Positions 52,784-61,793 of a DNA stretch of 64,000 nucleotides are shown here, one piece after another. The notes beneath the pieces are model-generated. The model was not told the DNA's origin. It did no database searches and saw only the letters and a list, made by a program, of their open reading frames with translations. The stretch is taken from positions 832,001 to 896,000 of the forward strand of contig CAWDVR010000002.1 in NCBI GenBank assembly GCA_963805975.1, read 5' to 3'. Position numbers and translations under genes: made by a program. Origin of the DNA: an uncultured Acidobacteriota bacterium (GTDB lineage: Bacteria > Acidobacteriota > Thermoanaerobaculia > Multivoradales > SZUA-115). Position 1 is the first letter of the stretch. Each line of letters opens with the position of its first letter.

Positions 52784-53215
52784 ATGCAAGTCAGCGAGAT
52801 CATGACCCGAGACGTCCAGTGCATCGCTCCGGTAGCGACCCTTCAGGAGGCGGCGTGCCAGATGCGAGACCTCGACGTCGGCTCCATGCCGGTCTGCGAC
52901 GAAGACCGGCTGCGCGGCATGCTCACCGATCGCGATATCGCCATCCGGGCGGTGGCCGAAGGGCACGACCCGGAGAGCACCCAGGTGCGCGAGGTGATGA
53001 CGACGGACGTTTTCTACTGCTTCGAGGACCAGGACGTCAGCGAAGCGGCCCGCATGATGAGGGAGCAGCAGATCCGGCGGTTGCTGGTCCTCAACCGCGA
53101 CAAGCGCCTGGTCGGCATCGTCTCGCTGGGAGACCTGGCCGTGGAGACGCGCGACGACCGGCTCTCCGGCGGTACCCTGGAGGCGATCTCCGAACCCACG
53201 GCCCAGTCCCGGTAG
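52784..53215 (+). CDS. Tandem CBS domain protein
   Basis: AAGGAGGT RBS; MQVSEIMTRDV...GMLTDRDIAIRAVAEG...QIRRLLV...LVGIVSLGDLA. Confidence 0.92.
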   Translation: MQVSEIMTRDVQCIAPVATLQEAACQMRDLDVGSMPVCDEDRLRGMLTDRDIAIRAVAEGHDPESTQVREVMTTDVFYCFEDQDVSEAARMMREQQIRRLLVLNRDKRLVGIVSLGDLAVETRDDRLSGGTLEAISEPTAQSR

Positions 53216-53475
53216 CCGAGCCTGCAGCGGCCCGGCGCCAGATCCTTGGGCAGATCGGTGACATAGACCGTGCCCTGGAGGCTGCCGCTGGTGGCACCCG
53301 CGGGCGGCGGCTGGCGCTCGGCGCTTCCGCCGGAGCCCCGTGGAGGTGGAGGCGAGCGAGCTCCAGCTCGGTCGGCTCACGCGACGTGAAGCGGCAGCCT
53401 TCCGCCGTCGTCTCGACGCGCAGTGCCACGGAGCGCCCGGCGGTGGAAGCTCCCCTCCTCGCAGCCAGGGAACCT

Positions 53476-53523
53476 CATGATCAGACAGCGGCATGATCAG
53501 ACAGCGGCACGATCAGAGAGCGG
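53476..53523. repeat. 16-bp tandem repeat x3
   Basis: CATGATCAGACAGCGG / CATGATCAGACAGCGG / CACGATCAGAGAGCGG, intergenic. Confidence 0.85.
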
Positions 53524-53593
53524 CCGGTTCCCAGTGTCGAGGCCGGTCGCACCGGTGCGCCGCGAGCGGCGGGCTATACTCCGGCCGAACCCG

Positions 53594-54256
53594 ATGAACC
53601 TCCTTCATACCGCGCACGTGCCGGCCGGGGACGGGCCGTTCCCCACCGTGCTGGCCATCCATGGCTGGGGCGCCTCGGCGCACGACCTCCTGGGATTGGC
53701 GCCCGTCATCCACCGCGGCGAGGCGCTGGTGATCTGCCCGCAAGGGCCGGTCGAGGTGCCGGTGGGCGGCTCGGTGCCCGGTCATGGCTGGTTTCCCCTG
53801 CGGCCCGGCGCGCCGCCCAGCACCGAGGAGTTCCGTGCCGGCGCCGAGCGGCTGGACGAGTTCTTCGACCAGGCTCTCGAGCTCTACCCCGTCGATCGGC
53901 AGCGCGTCGCCCTCCTGGGCTTCAGCCAGGGGGGCGCGATGGCCTACGCGCTCGGCCTCGCACGGCCGCAGGCGGTGGCCGGCATCGCCGGGCTCTCGAC
54001 CTGGCTACCGCCGGATCTGGCCTCGGCCCTCCCCCGCCAGGAGGCGCACCAGGATCTGCCGGTCCTGGTCCTCCACGGCACGGAAGACCCGCTGGTGCCG
54101 GTGGAGCGCGCCCGCGAGTCGCGCGAGGCGCTGCGCAGCTTCGGCGTCAGCCTCACCTACCGCGAGATCGCCATGGCGCACGAGATCCGGCCCGAGGCTC
54201 TGCACGTGCTGATCGACTGGCTGGATCGCCGGGTGCTGGCCCCTTCACCCCGCTGA
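53594..54256 (+). CDS. Phospholipase/carboxylesterase (alpha/beta hydrolase)
   Basis: IHGWGA, GFSQGG nucleophile elbow, HGTEDPLVP, MAHEI; TATACT upstream. Confidence 0.9.
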   Translation: MNLLHTAHVPAGDGPFPTVLAIHGWGASAHDLLGLAPVIHRGEALVICPQGPVEVPVGGSVPGHGWFPLRPGAPPSTEEFRAGAERLDEFFDQALELYPVDRQRVALLGFSQGGAMAYALGLARPQAVAGIAGLSTWLPPDLASALPRQEAHQDLPVLVLHGTEDPLVPVERARESREALRSFGVSLTYREIAMAHEIRPEALHVLIDWLDRRVLAPSPR

Positions 54257-54266
54257 TGCGGGAGAG

Positions 54267-55922
54267 CTAGGGTGAGGGGGCTCTCGGAAGCAGCGCCGTG
54301 CGCTCTACGCCGTCGCGGTCCGGCGGCACGGGGATGCCGGCGAGCACCGCCAGCGTGGGCGCCACGTCCACGGTAGAGACCGGCTGGGTCACCTTCCCCG
54401 CCCCCACGCCCGGCAGGCGCAGCAGCCACGGCACCCGGGCGTCGTAGTCGTATGGGCTGCCGTGCGTCGTTCCCGTGGTTCGCAGCGGCAGGAACCCTTC
54501 CTCGAACTGGAGCAGGACGTCCGGGCTGCGGTCGCGGTGAAAGCTGTTGGCATAGAGGCGGCCGAAGCGGTCGCCGCCTCCCCCCGACTCGAGCTCGCCG
54601 CGGGTCCACGCCCGCACCACCCCGGGGCAGGCGCCGGCCAGCTCGCGAACGGCGGCCTCGATCTCGCCGCGCGGGGCCGCCGCCTCGGCACCGGGCTCGA
54701 GGTAGCCGTAGGGGTTGAGGATGCGCTTCCCCCCGAACCGCTCGGCGAGCCGCCCGCCGACGCGTTGCAGGCAGAGCACGGTCTCGGCGCCGAGGCGCCG
54801 GCCCGGCTGCCCGTGGAGCTGCTGGTACTCGGGCAGCGGCACCACGCCGTGATCGGCGGACAGCGACACCAGCACGCGCTCGCGCCCCACCGTCTCGTCG
54901 ATCGCGGCCAGCAGCTCGCCCAGAGCCCGGTCCAGGTTGATCAGGGCGTCCACCAGCTCGGGGCTGTTCGGCCCCCAGGTATGGCCCACCGAGTCCACGG
55001 CCGAGAACGAGACCGCCAGGAGATCGACGTCGTCGTCCTGCCCCAGCTCCTCGCCCGCGAGCAACGCGGTGGCGAAGCGCGCCAGGTAGCGGTCGGCGAA
55101 GGGGGTATCCGAGAGATCCTCGTAGAAGTATTCCTCGGGCGCGAAACGCAGGCCGCCGGAGACGTGAGGAAAGCCGTCCGCGAAGACGCCGCGGTCCAGG
55201 GCTTCGATGCCGAGCTCGGAGAGCGGTGGAGCTCCCGGCGGCAGCTCCGCCGGGAGCCACTCGCGGCCCAGCTCGTGTGCCGCGAGCTGCTGGTCGTTGA
55301 AGGCCTCGAGCCAGCGCGGCTTGCCGCCCCGGTAGTAGCCGGAGCTGGTGATCTCGCCGTCCTCGTAATCCATCCAGAAAGCCGCGTCGGCACCCCGGCC
55401 CCCCAGGAAGATCGCCGAGCGGTCCTTGGCGCTGGCGGTGAACACCTTGGAGCGGCCGTTCGCCCGTTGCAACCAGTCGCCGAGCGCCGAGCCGAGCATC
55501 CTCTGCGGCGACTCGTCGAACTTCTCGTCGTCCACCGCGGCGATCCAGTCTTTTTTTGCCCGGTCCCACCAGCCGTTACTGACGATGCCGTGGTGGGCGG
55601 GGAAGAGGCCGGTCGCGAGCGTCGCGTGGCCGGGCGCCGTGGTGGTGATGGCGTGGTCGTGCCGCGCCTCGGTGAAAACCACCGATTGCTCGAGCAGGCG
55701 CGCCAGGCCGGCCGTGAACAGCGGCCGGAAGCGCTCGAGATAGTCGGCGCGCATCTGGTCGACCACCACGAACAGGATCAGCCGCACCTGAGACCGCGCG
55801 GCCGGGCGAGGCGCCGGTGCCTCGCAGCCGGAGATGCCAAGACCTAGAGCCAACAAGCTAAGAGCGGCGGTCGAAGCGCGGGCCGGGTGCCGTCCGAGGC
55901 GCGATGCGCTGGGGCTGGGCAT
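54267..55922 (-). CDS. Alkaline phosphatase superfamily lipoprotein (PafA-like)
   Basis: VVVDQMRADYL, TTTAPGHATLATG (Thr nucleophile), SAKDRSAI, DSVGHTWGPNS, SADHG, THGSPYDYDARVP; lipobox ISGC. Confidence 0.92.
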   Translation of the reverse strand: MPSPSASRLGRHPARASTAALSLLALGLGISGCEAPAPRPAARSQVRLILFVVVDQMRADYLERFRPLFTAGLARLLEQSVVFTEARHDHAITTTAPGHATLATGLFPAHHGIVSNGWWDRAKKDWIAAVDDEKFDESPQRMLGSALGDWLQRANGRSKVFTASAKDRSAIFLGGRGADAAFWMDYEDGEITSSGYYRGGKPRWLEAFNDQQLAAHELGREWLPAELPPGAPPLSELGIEALDRGVFADGFPHVSGGLRFAPEEYFYEDLSDTPFADRYLARFATALLAGEELGQDDDVDLLAVSFSAVDSVGHTWGPNSPELVDALINLDRALGELLAAIDETVGRERVLVSLSADHGVVPLPEYQQLHGQPGRRLGAETVLCLQRVGGRLAERFGGKRILNPYGYLEPGAEAAAPRGEIEAAVRELAGACPGVVRAWTRGELESGGGGDRFGRLYANSFHRDRSPDVLLQFEEGFLPLRTTGTTHGSPYDYDARVPWLLRLPGVGAGKVTQPVSTVDVAPTLAVLAGIPVPPDRDGVERTALLPRAPSP

Positions 55923-55926
55923 GTTT

Positions 55927-55953
55927 TGAAACCTTTCCCTAAGAGGCTGTCTA
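55927..55953 (+). promoter_or_regulatory. Putative ECF sigma promoter for the GGDEF/EAL gene
   Basis: TGAAAC-16nt-GTCTA in an AT-rich patch, 46 nt before the start. Confidence 0.45.
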
Positions 55954-55999
55954 CTCTCTCACCGTCTCGAGCAACTTGGGTAGTAGAGCCCCACACAGC

Positions 56000-57889
56000 A
56001 TGGAGACCTGCTCCCTCTTATCGCTCGCGGCGTTCACGTCGACGGCGGCCACGCCAGCTTCTTCGAAGCCCGTGCTCGCCGCGGTGGCCGTCCTCCTCGG
56101 GCTCCTGGCCGCGCTTTCGGCGGGCCGGTTCCTCCGCCGTCGCCACCGTGCCCCGGTGCCGGGGGAGGAGGCCCTGGCCGGCCTGATGGCCCATCTGCCG
56201 GGCATGGTGTACCGCTGCCGGCAGGACGGCGCGGTCGAGCTCGCGAGCTCGGGCGCCGCCGAGCTGACCGGCTACACGCCCGAGGACTTTACCGCGGGCG
56301 GCACCCAGCTTCGCGGCCTCGTCCACGCCGAGGACCGCGGCATGGTCGAGGCCGAGATCCGGGCCGCGGTCGAGGCGCGGCGGCCCTACCAGATGATCTA
56401 TCGCCTGCTGACCAGGGACGGCACACAGCGTTGGGCCTGGGAGACCGGCCAGCCGGTGGGCGAGGCGGAAGCGCTCCGCCTCGAGGGGCTCATCACCGAC
56501 ATCACGGCCCGCAAGACGACCGAGGACCGGCTCCTGCACGAGGCCCTCCACGATCCGCTGACGGACCTTCCCAACCGCAGCCTGCTGATCGAGCGCCTGG
56601 GCGGACTGATCCGCCGCTCCCTGCGCCGCCCGCTCCCAGCCTTCGCCTTGCTCTACGTGGACCTCGATCGCTTCCAGTTGATCAGCGACTCGCTGGGCCG
56701 CGAGCTGGGCGACCAGGTGCTGCAGGCCACGGCGCGGCGGCTCCAGGCCTGCCTGCGGCAGGAGGACACGGTGGCGCGAATGGGAGGCGACGAGTTCGTC
56801 GTCCTGCTCGAAGAGGTGGCGAGCGCCAGCGACGCGGTGCGGGTCGCCCACCGCCTGGGCGAGGTGGTGGGCCTGCCGCTCTACCTGGCGGGAGAAGAGG
56901 TGACGCTGACGGCGTCGATCGGCATCGCCTCGAGCCTCAGCGGCTACGAGAGCCCGGAGCACCCGCTGCGCGACGCTGAGATCGCGCTGCGCCGCGCCAA
57001 GGCCCAGGGTGGCGGCGGCCAGCAGCTCTTCGACAGCGCCATGCACGCCGCGGCGCTCAGCCAGATGCGGCTCGAGACCGACCTGCGCCGCGCCCTGAAG
57101 CACCAGGAGCTGCGCCTCCTCTACCAGCCGATCTTCGAGCTGCCCAGCGGGCGCCTCGCCGGCTTCGAGGCCCTGCTGCGCTGGCAGCGTCAGGACCAAT
57201 TGCTGCTGCCAGCCGACTTCCTGGCGACCGCCCAGGAGACCGGCCTCATCGTGCCGATGAGCTGGTGGGTGCTCTCCGAGGCCTGCCGGCAGATCCTCGC
57301 CTGGCAACGCCGCTTTCCGGCACACCGCGCGCTCTACGTGAGCGTCAACCTGACCAGCCAGCAGCTCGGCCGCCCCGATCTCAGGGACCGGGTGCGCAAC
57401 GTGCTCCAGGCCAACGGTCTGTCGCCGCAGAGCCTGCGCATCGAGGTCACCGAGAGCGTGGTCATGGAGCGCACGGACTCCGTGGTGGCCACCCTGGCCG
57501 GTCTCCGCGAGATGGGCATCCACATCTCGCTCGACGACTTCGGCACCGGCTACTCCTCGCTGTCGCTTCTCCGCCAGCTCCCGATCGCCAGCCTCAAGAT
57601 CGACCGCTCCTTCGTCTCGACGCTCGAGGCGAGAACCGCCAGCCTCGAGATCGTGCGCGCGCTGGTGGCCCTGGCTCACAACCTCGGGCTGTCGGTGGTG
57701 GCCGAGGGCGTCGAGACCGCCGAGCAGCGGAAGGTGCTCACCGAGCTCGGCTGCGACGACGCTCAGGGCTTCCTCCTCGCCCGGCCGCTGACCGCCGCGG
57801 CGGTCGAGGAGCTGCTGGCCGAGGAGCTGTTCGCCGACGAGGCGCTGTTCAACGACGACGGCCGGGCCGGCGAGCTTCGTTCCGCCTAG
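56000..57889 (+). CDS. PAS-GGDEF-EAL c-di-GMP cyclase/phosphodiesterase
   Basis: TM helix, PAS (LPGMVYRC...LTGY), HDPLTDLPNR, RMGGDEF, YQPI, FEALLRW, DDFGTGYSSL, LKIDRSF, AEGVET, QGFL. Confidence 0.95.
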   Translation: METCSLLSLAAFTSTAATPASSKPVLAAVAVLLGLLAALSAGRFLRRRHRAPVPGEEALAGLMAHLPGMVYRCRQDGAVELASSGAAELTGYTPEDFTAGGTQLRGLVHAEDRGMVEAEIRAAVEARRPYQMIYRLLTRDGTQRWAWETGQPVGEAEALRLEGLITDITARKTTEDRLLHEALHDPLTDLPNRSLLIERLGGLIRRSLRRPLPAFALLYVDLDRFQLISDSLGRELGDQVLQATARRLQACLRQEDTVARMGGDEFVVLLEEVASASDAVRVAHRLGEVVGLPLYLAGEEVTLTASIGIASSLSGYESPEHPLRDAEIALRRAKAQGGGGQQLFDSAMHAAALSQMRLETDLRRALKHQELRLLYQPIFELPSGRLAGFEALLRWQRQDQLLLPADFLATAQETGLIVPMSWWVLSEACRQILAWQRRFPAHRALYVSVNLTSQQLGRPDLRDRVRNVLQANGLSPQSLRIEVTESVVMERTDSVVATLAGLREMGIHISLDDFGTGYSSLSLLRQLPIASLKIDRSFVSTLEARTASLEIVRALVALAHNLGLSVVAEGVETAEQRKVLTELGCDDAQGFLLARPLTAAAVEELLAEELFADEALFNDDGRAGELRSA

Positions 57890-57955
57890 GCCGGCGCACC
57901 CGAGGCATCCTGTATCCTTCGGCACGGCCGCTGGCAGGCCGCGGGAGGGACCAGG

Positions 57956-59575
57956 ATGGGACCGGATCTTACGGGCAGGGAAGCGCTGGGGCCGATCGCG
58001 GAGGACGTCGAGCGGGCGCTCGCCGCGCTCACTGAAGAGCACATCGTCGAACGCATCTGGGCCCGGGACCCGGAGGTCTGGGGCAAGGGATCCACCGAGG
58101 TCGTGGACCGGCTCGGCTGGCTGACGGTGGTCGACACCATGGCGCCGCGGGCCCTCGAGCTCGCCGCTTTCGCGGCCGACGTGCTCGCGGCGGAGCTCGA
58201 CGACGTCGTGCTCCTCGGCATGGGTGGCTCGAGCCTCGGCGCGGAGGTGCTGCGTGGCGCCTTCGGTTCTGCAGCCGGCTTCCCGCGCCTCACCGTCCTG
58301 GATTCGACCGTGCCCGGGTGGGTGCGCGGCGTGCGCCAGGCGATCGACCCGACGCGCACGCTCTTCCTGGTGGGCAGCAAGTCCGGCACCACGGCCGAGA
58401 TCCAGGCCTTCTTTCAATATTTCTGGGCCGAGACCGAGAAGGTCGTGGGCGCCGCGGCCGGCAGCCACTTCGTGGCGGTCACCGACCCCGCCACGGCCCT
58501 CGGCGCCACCGCCGGCGCCAAGGGCTTCCGGCACGTGTTCGAGAACCCGGCCGACATCGGCGGGCGGTTCAGCGTGCTCTCCTACTTCGGGCTGGTGCCG
58601 GCGGCGCTCCTCGGTCTCGACCTCGAGCGCTTCCTGGTGCGGGCCATGTCCATGACCCGCGCCTCGAACGCCGGCGCGCCCCCTCTCCAGAACCCCGGCG
58701 CGAGGCTGGGCGCCATCCTCGGCGCCGCGGCCCTGGCCGGCCGCGACCAGGCGACGATCTACACCTCGCCGCGCCTCGCGGCCTTCGGTCTGTGGGCGGA
58801 GCAGCTCGTGGCCGAGAGCACCGGCAAGGAGGGCCGCGGCATCCTGCCCATCGCCGGCGAGCCCTTCGGCGACAGCGCCGCGTACCGGCAGGATCGGCTC
58901 TTCGTGGCCCTGCGCCTCGAGGGCGACGACAACGCGGCGCTCGACGCCCATCTCGCGGCGCTCGAAGCGGCCGGCCAGCCGGTGGTCGTGCTGGCCCTGA
59001 TGGACGTCTACGACCTGGCCGGCGAGCTCTTCCGCTGGCAGATGGCGACCGCCGTCGCCGGCCATCTGCTGGGCGTGCACCCCTTCGACCAGCCGGACGT
59101 CGAGTCGGCGAAGCGCATCACCAAGGCGCTGCTCGCCGAGTTCCGGGAGACGGGCCTCCTCCCCGAGCTCGACGCCGGCCCGAGCCTCACCGAGGCCCTG
59201 GCCGCGAAGAGCCCCTCGTTCGTGGCCTTCATGGCCTATCTCCCCGCCTCACCCCGCCTCGAGACCGAGATCACCGAGCTGCGCCTCGCCCTCCTCGACC
59301 GGCACCGCCTCGCGACCACCTTCGGCTACGCACCGCGCATGCTGCACTCGACCGGGCAGTACCACAAAGGCGGCCCGGCGACCGGCCTCTACGTGCAGCT
59401 CGTGCCGGCCGAGGAGGGCGACGACCTCCCCATCCCCGGCGAGCCCTACGGCTTCGGCACCCTGGCCCACGCCCAGAGCCTCGGCGACGCGCGGGCGCTG
59501 GCAGAGAAAGGGCGCCTGTGCCTGCGGATCGCGTGGCGGGAGGGGGCGGCGGAGGGATTGCTCGCGGCGCTCTGA
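57956..59575 (+). CDS. pgi: Glucose-6-phosphate isomerase
   Basis: RLGWL, LGMGGSSLG, SKSGTTAE, IGGRFSVLSYFGLVP, EQLVAESTGKEG, PFDQPDVESAK, HSTGQYHKGG. Confidence 0.93.
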   Translation: MGPDLTGREALGPIAEDVERALAALTEEHIVERIWARDPEVWGKGSTEVVDRLGWLTVVDTMAPRALELAAFAADVLAAELDDVVLLGMGGSSLGAEVLRGAFGSAAGFPRLTVLDSTVPGWVRGVRQAIDPTRTLFLVGSKSGTTAEIQAFFQYFWAETEKVVGAAAGSHFVAVTDPATALGATAGAKGFRHVFENPADIGGRFSVLSYFGLVPAALLGLDLERFLVRAMSMTRASNAGAPPLQNPGARLGAILGAAALAGRDQATIYTSPRLAAFGLWAEQLVAESTGKEGRGILPIAGEPFGDSAAYRQDRLFVALRLEGDDNAALDAHLAALEAAGQPVVVLALMDVYDLAGELFRWQMATAVAGHLLGVHPFDQPDVESAKRITKALLAEFRETGLLPELDAGPSLTEALAAKSPSFVAFMAYLPASPRLETEITELRLALLDRHRLATTFGYAPRMLHSTGQYHKGGPATGLYVQLVPAEEGDDLPIPGEPYGFGTLAHAQSLGDARALAEKGRLCLRIAWREGAAEGLLAAL

Positions 59576-61183
59576 TTACTGTGCGGAGCCCCGCCTCCTG
59601 GGGGGTCGCGGCGGAGGGATGGCAGCGGCCTTGTCCCGCTCGTAGACCACCGTCCAGTCAACGCTCTCGGGGTGAAACCTTGCCACCTCCCTGTAACCGC
59701 TCTGAAACCATGAGGTGGTCGTGATCGGCCCCATGAATCCATCGAGGCCCGGGCGATTGATGACGAACTTCGTCGGCTTCGCGAGGAACGCGCCGAGAAG
59801 ATCGTCCTCTGCGACATAGGGCACAGATCGCGGCGAGACCAGCCCCAGGAGATCCTCCACGGGACGGTCGCTGAAGTAAGCGAGCGTGCCGACCTCGACG
59901 AAGGAGATCGCGTCGGTCGGCTCCGAATGCCCCCGGATCCACTCGCCCGCCTCCCGATAGCCCTCGTAGTGGGGCTGAAACTTCGCCCCTCGCAGCCATT
60001 TCCGCTCACTCGCGACCATGCTCGGGAGGAGCAGGAAAAGCAGCAGGCTCGTGCCGACAATCGCCGTCGGCCTGCCCCAGGCGCCTGGCCAGGCCCGCAC
60101 CACGAGCCGGCCCCCGAAGCAGAGGGAGAACGCGCACCCATAGGTTGCGGCGACGATCAACGGCACTGCGTACCAGGTGGCGAAGACGACTCCGAGAAAG
60201 GGATAGATCAGAGCCGAGGAGAGGCCGTACAGCGCGATCACGCGGCCCACGCGGCCAGCACGGAGGACCATCAGCACCGAGCCCAGGAGGCCCAGCGTTA
60301 CCAGGACTTCGAAGTGTGGCCCGAGATGGCGGCGGACGATCTGCACCGCCGGCTCCCACCACGCCAGCCATTGGCTCTCGACAGGCGGCCGGAGCCTCTT
60401 GGCCAGCAACGTGTTCGGCAAGACCGAGCCGAAGTAAGCCCAGGCCAAGGCCAGACCCAGGAGCACGACTGCCGCGGCCGCCAGGCCGTATCGCCACGGC
60501 AGACGCTTCCTCTCGATCGACAGCACGGCCCCCAAGACGACAACGGCGAGCAGTGAATCCGGTCGCATCCACACTGCGAGACCGGCCAGAGCACCACACC
60601 ACACGGGGGCGCGCTCTCCGATCATCGCCGCCACGGCGAGGAGCGCCAGAACCACGAACACCTCGGCACCACGGCAGCCCCACAAGAGCGTGCTCCCCAG
60701 GGCGAGCGTGCCCCCGAGCACCGCCTCGGGGAGCCAATCCCCCCTCGAGGCCTCGCGCAGGAGCACGACTGCCAGCACGAGCAGAGAGAGCCCGGTCGAT
60801 ATCGTTCCCCACCAGGGAACCGGGATGGTCGTGATGCTACGCAGAGATGCCAGCAGCAGTCCCATTCCCGGCGCCGTGGTGCCGAAGACTCTTTCTCCCG
60901 GATTGAAAACGAAGCCGTTGCCACTCGCGAGATTCTCGGCGTAGCGATAGGTGATGAAAAAATCGTCGAGCCCCGTGCCCCCGAGGTGCAGGACGAAGTA
61001 GCCCGCCAGGGAAAGCCAGAGGCTCGCGACCACAGCCGGAAGCACGATCCCGGTCCGGAGGAGCGCGGCCTCTTCCTGCGGCAGCTTCGCATCGCTAGGC
61101 ACTGAGCTGTCCCGACCTTTCTTGGTAGCCGGCACCGCCAGGATCGGCGACGCATCGGTCTCTTGCCCTGCCTCCGTGACCAT
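59576..61183 (-). CDS. Polytopic GT-C type membrane glycosyltransferase
   Basis: DDFFITYRYAENLASGNGFVFNPGERVFGTTAP, MRPD, YFGSVLPNTLLAK, GTLAYFS...DLLGLVSP; start uncertain. Confidence 0.75.
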   Translation of the reverse strand: MVTEAGQETDASPILAVPATKKGRDSSVPSDAKLPQEEAALLRTGIVLPAVVASLWLSLAGYFVLHLGGTGLDDFFITYRYAENLASGNGFVFNPGERVFGTTAPGMGLLLASLRSITTIPVPWWGTISTGLSLLVLAVVLLREASRGDWLPEAVLGGTLALGSTLLWGCRGAEVFVVLALLAVAAMIGERAPVWCGALAGLAVWMRPDSLLAVVVLGAVLSIERKRLPWRYGLAAAAVVLLGLALAWAYFGSVLPNTLLAKRLRPPVESQWLAWWEPAVQIVRRHLGPHFEVLVTLGLLGSVLMVLRAGRVGRVIALYGLSSALIYPFLGVVFATWYAVPLIVAATYGCAFSLCFGGRLVVRAWPGAWGRPTAIVGTSLLLFLLLPSMVASERKWLRGAKFQPHYEGYREAGEWIRGHSEPTDAISFVEVGTLAYFSDRPVEDLLGLVSPRSVPYVAEDDLLGAFLAKPTKFVINRPGLDGFMGPITTTSWFQSGYREVARFHPESVDWTVVYERDKAAAIPPPRPPRRRGSAQ

Positions 61184-61208
61184 TTCGTAACCTACCCTAC
61201 CCCCCGAA

Positions 61209-61373
61209 GTCATCCCGAGCGGGGCGAGGGACCCGGGGGGAGGCTGGCGCGTTGACGCCGTGAACCGAGCGACGATCGCAACCTCTTCTGATTCTGAGGT
61301 TTGCAAGATCCATCTCGCCGTGATGCCAGGTCAGTTCCCACCACCCAGATCCTTCGCTTCGCTCAGGATGACA
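61209..61373. repeat. REP-like inverted pair
   Basis: GTCATCCCGAGCGGGGCGAGGGACC (61209) and AGATCCTTCGCTTCGCTCAGGATGACA (61347-61373) in inverted orientation. Confidence 0.75.
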
Positions 61374-61438
61374 ACCGGGGGGACATCGACGTCGATCCTC
61401 GGGCCGAACTCGGGCGAGGCTCCGAAGCTCACGACCTT

Positions 61439-61696
61439 TCAGCGCTCCCACGGGTGCCGAAGGCATTCAGTCGTGGCACTCATGGCTTCAGTCTCCTCGA
61501 GAAGGGCCGGATCGGGAGGTAAAGAGCGCAGCAACTGTGAGATCACGGCTCTCGAGACCCACTGGCGCTTCTGCAACGGGCCCAGCACGGCGACCGGCCG
61601 GCCGCCTACGGTGATCTCGAAGTGCTCGCCCGCCTCCGCCCGGCGCAGGATCTTGCCGGTCTGATTCCGGAGCTCGCGCCGCGCGATCGTGCGCAT
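61439..61696 (-). CDS. Phd/YefM family antitoxin (orphan)
   Basis: MRTIARRELRNQTGKILRRAEAGEHFEITVGGRPVAVLGP. Confidence 0.85.
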   Translation of the reverse strand: MRTIARRELRNQTGKILRRAEAGEHFEITVGGRPVAVLGPLQKRQWVSRAVISQLLRSLPPDPALLEETEAMSATTECLRHPWER

Positions 61697-61739
61697 AGAG
61701 CCCGGACCGTACCATCGTTGCGACGGGGCGCGAGGCCTC

Positions 61740-61775
61740 TCCGAAGTGCCAGCCGAATCGGCTGGCACCTCGGGA
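61740..61775 (-). terminator. Long stem-loop after the S8 protease gene
   Basis: CCGAAGTGCCAGCCGA-A-TCGGCTGGCACCTCGG near-perfect inverted repeat just past the stop codon. Confidence 0.6.
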
Positions 61776-61793
61776 GGGATCAAATCGGGAGGC

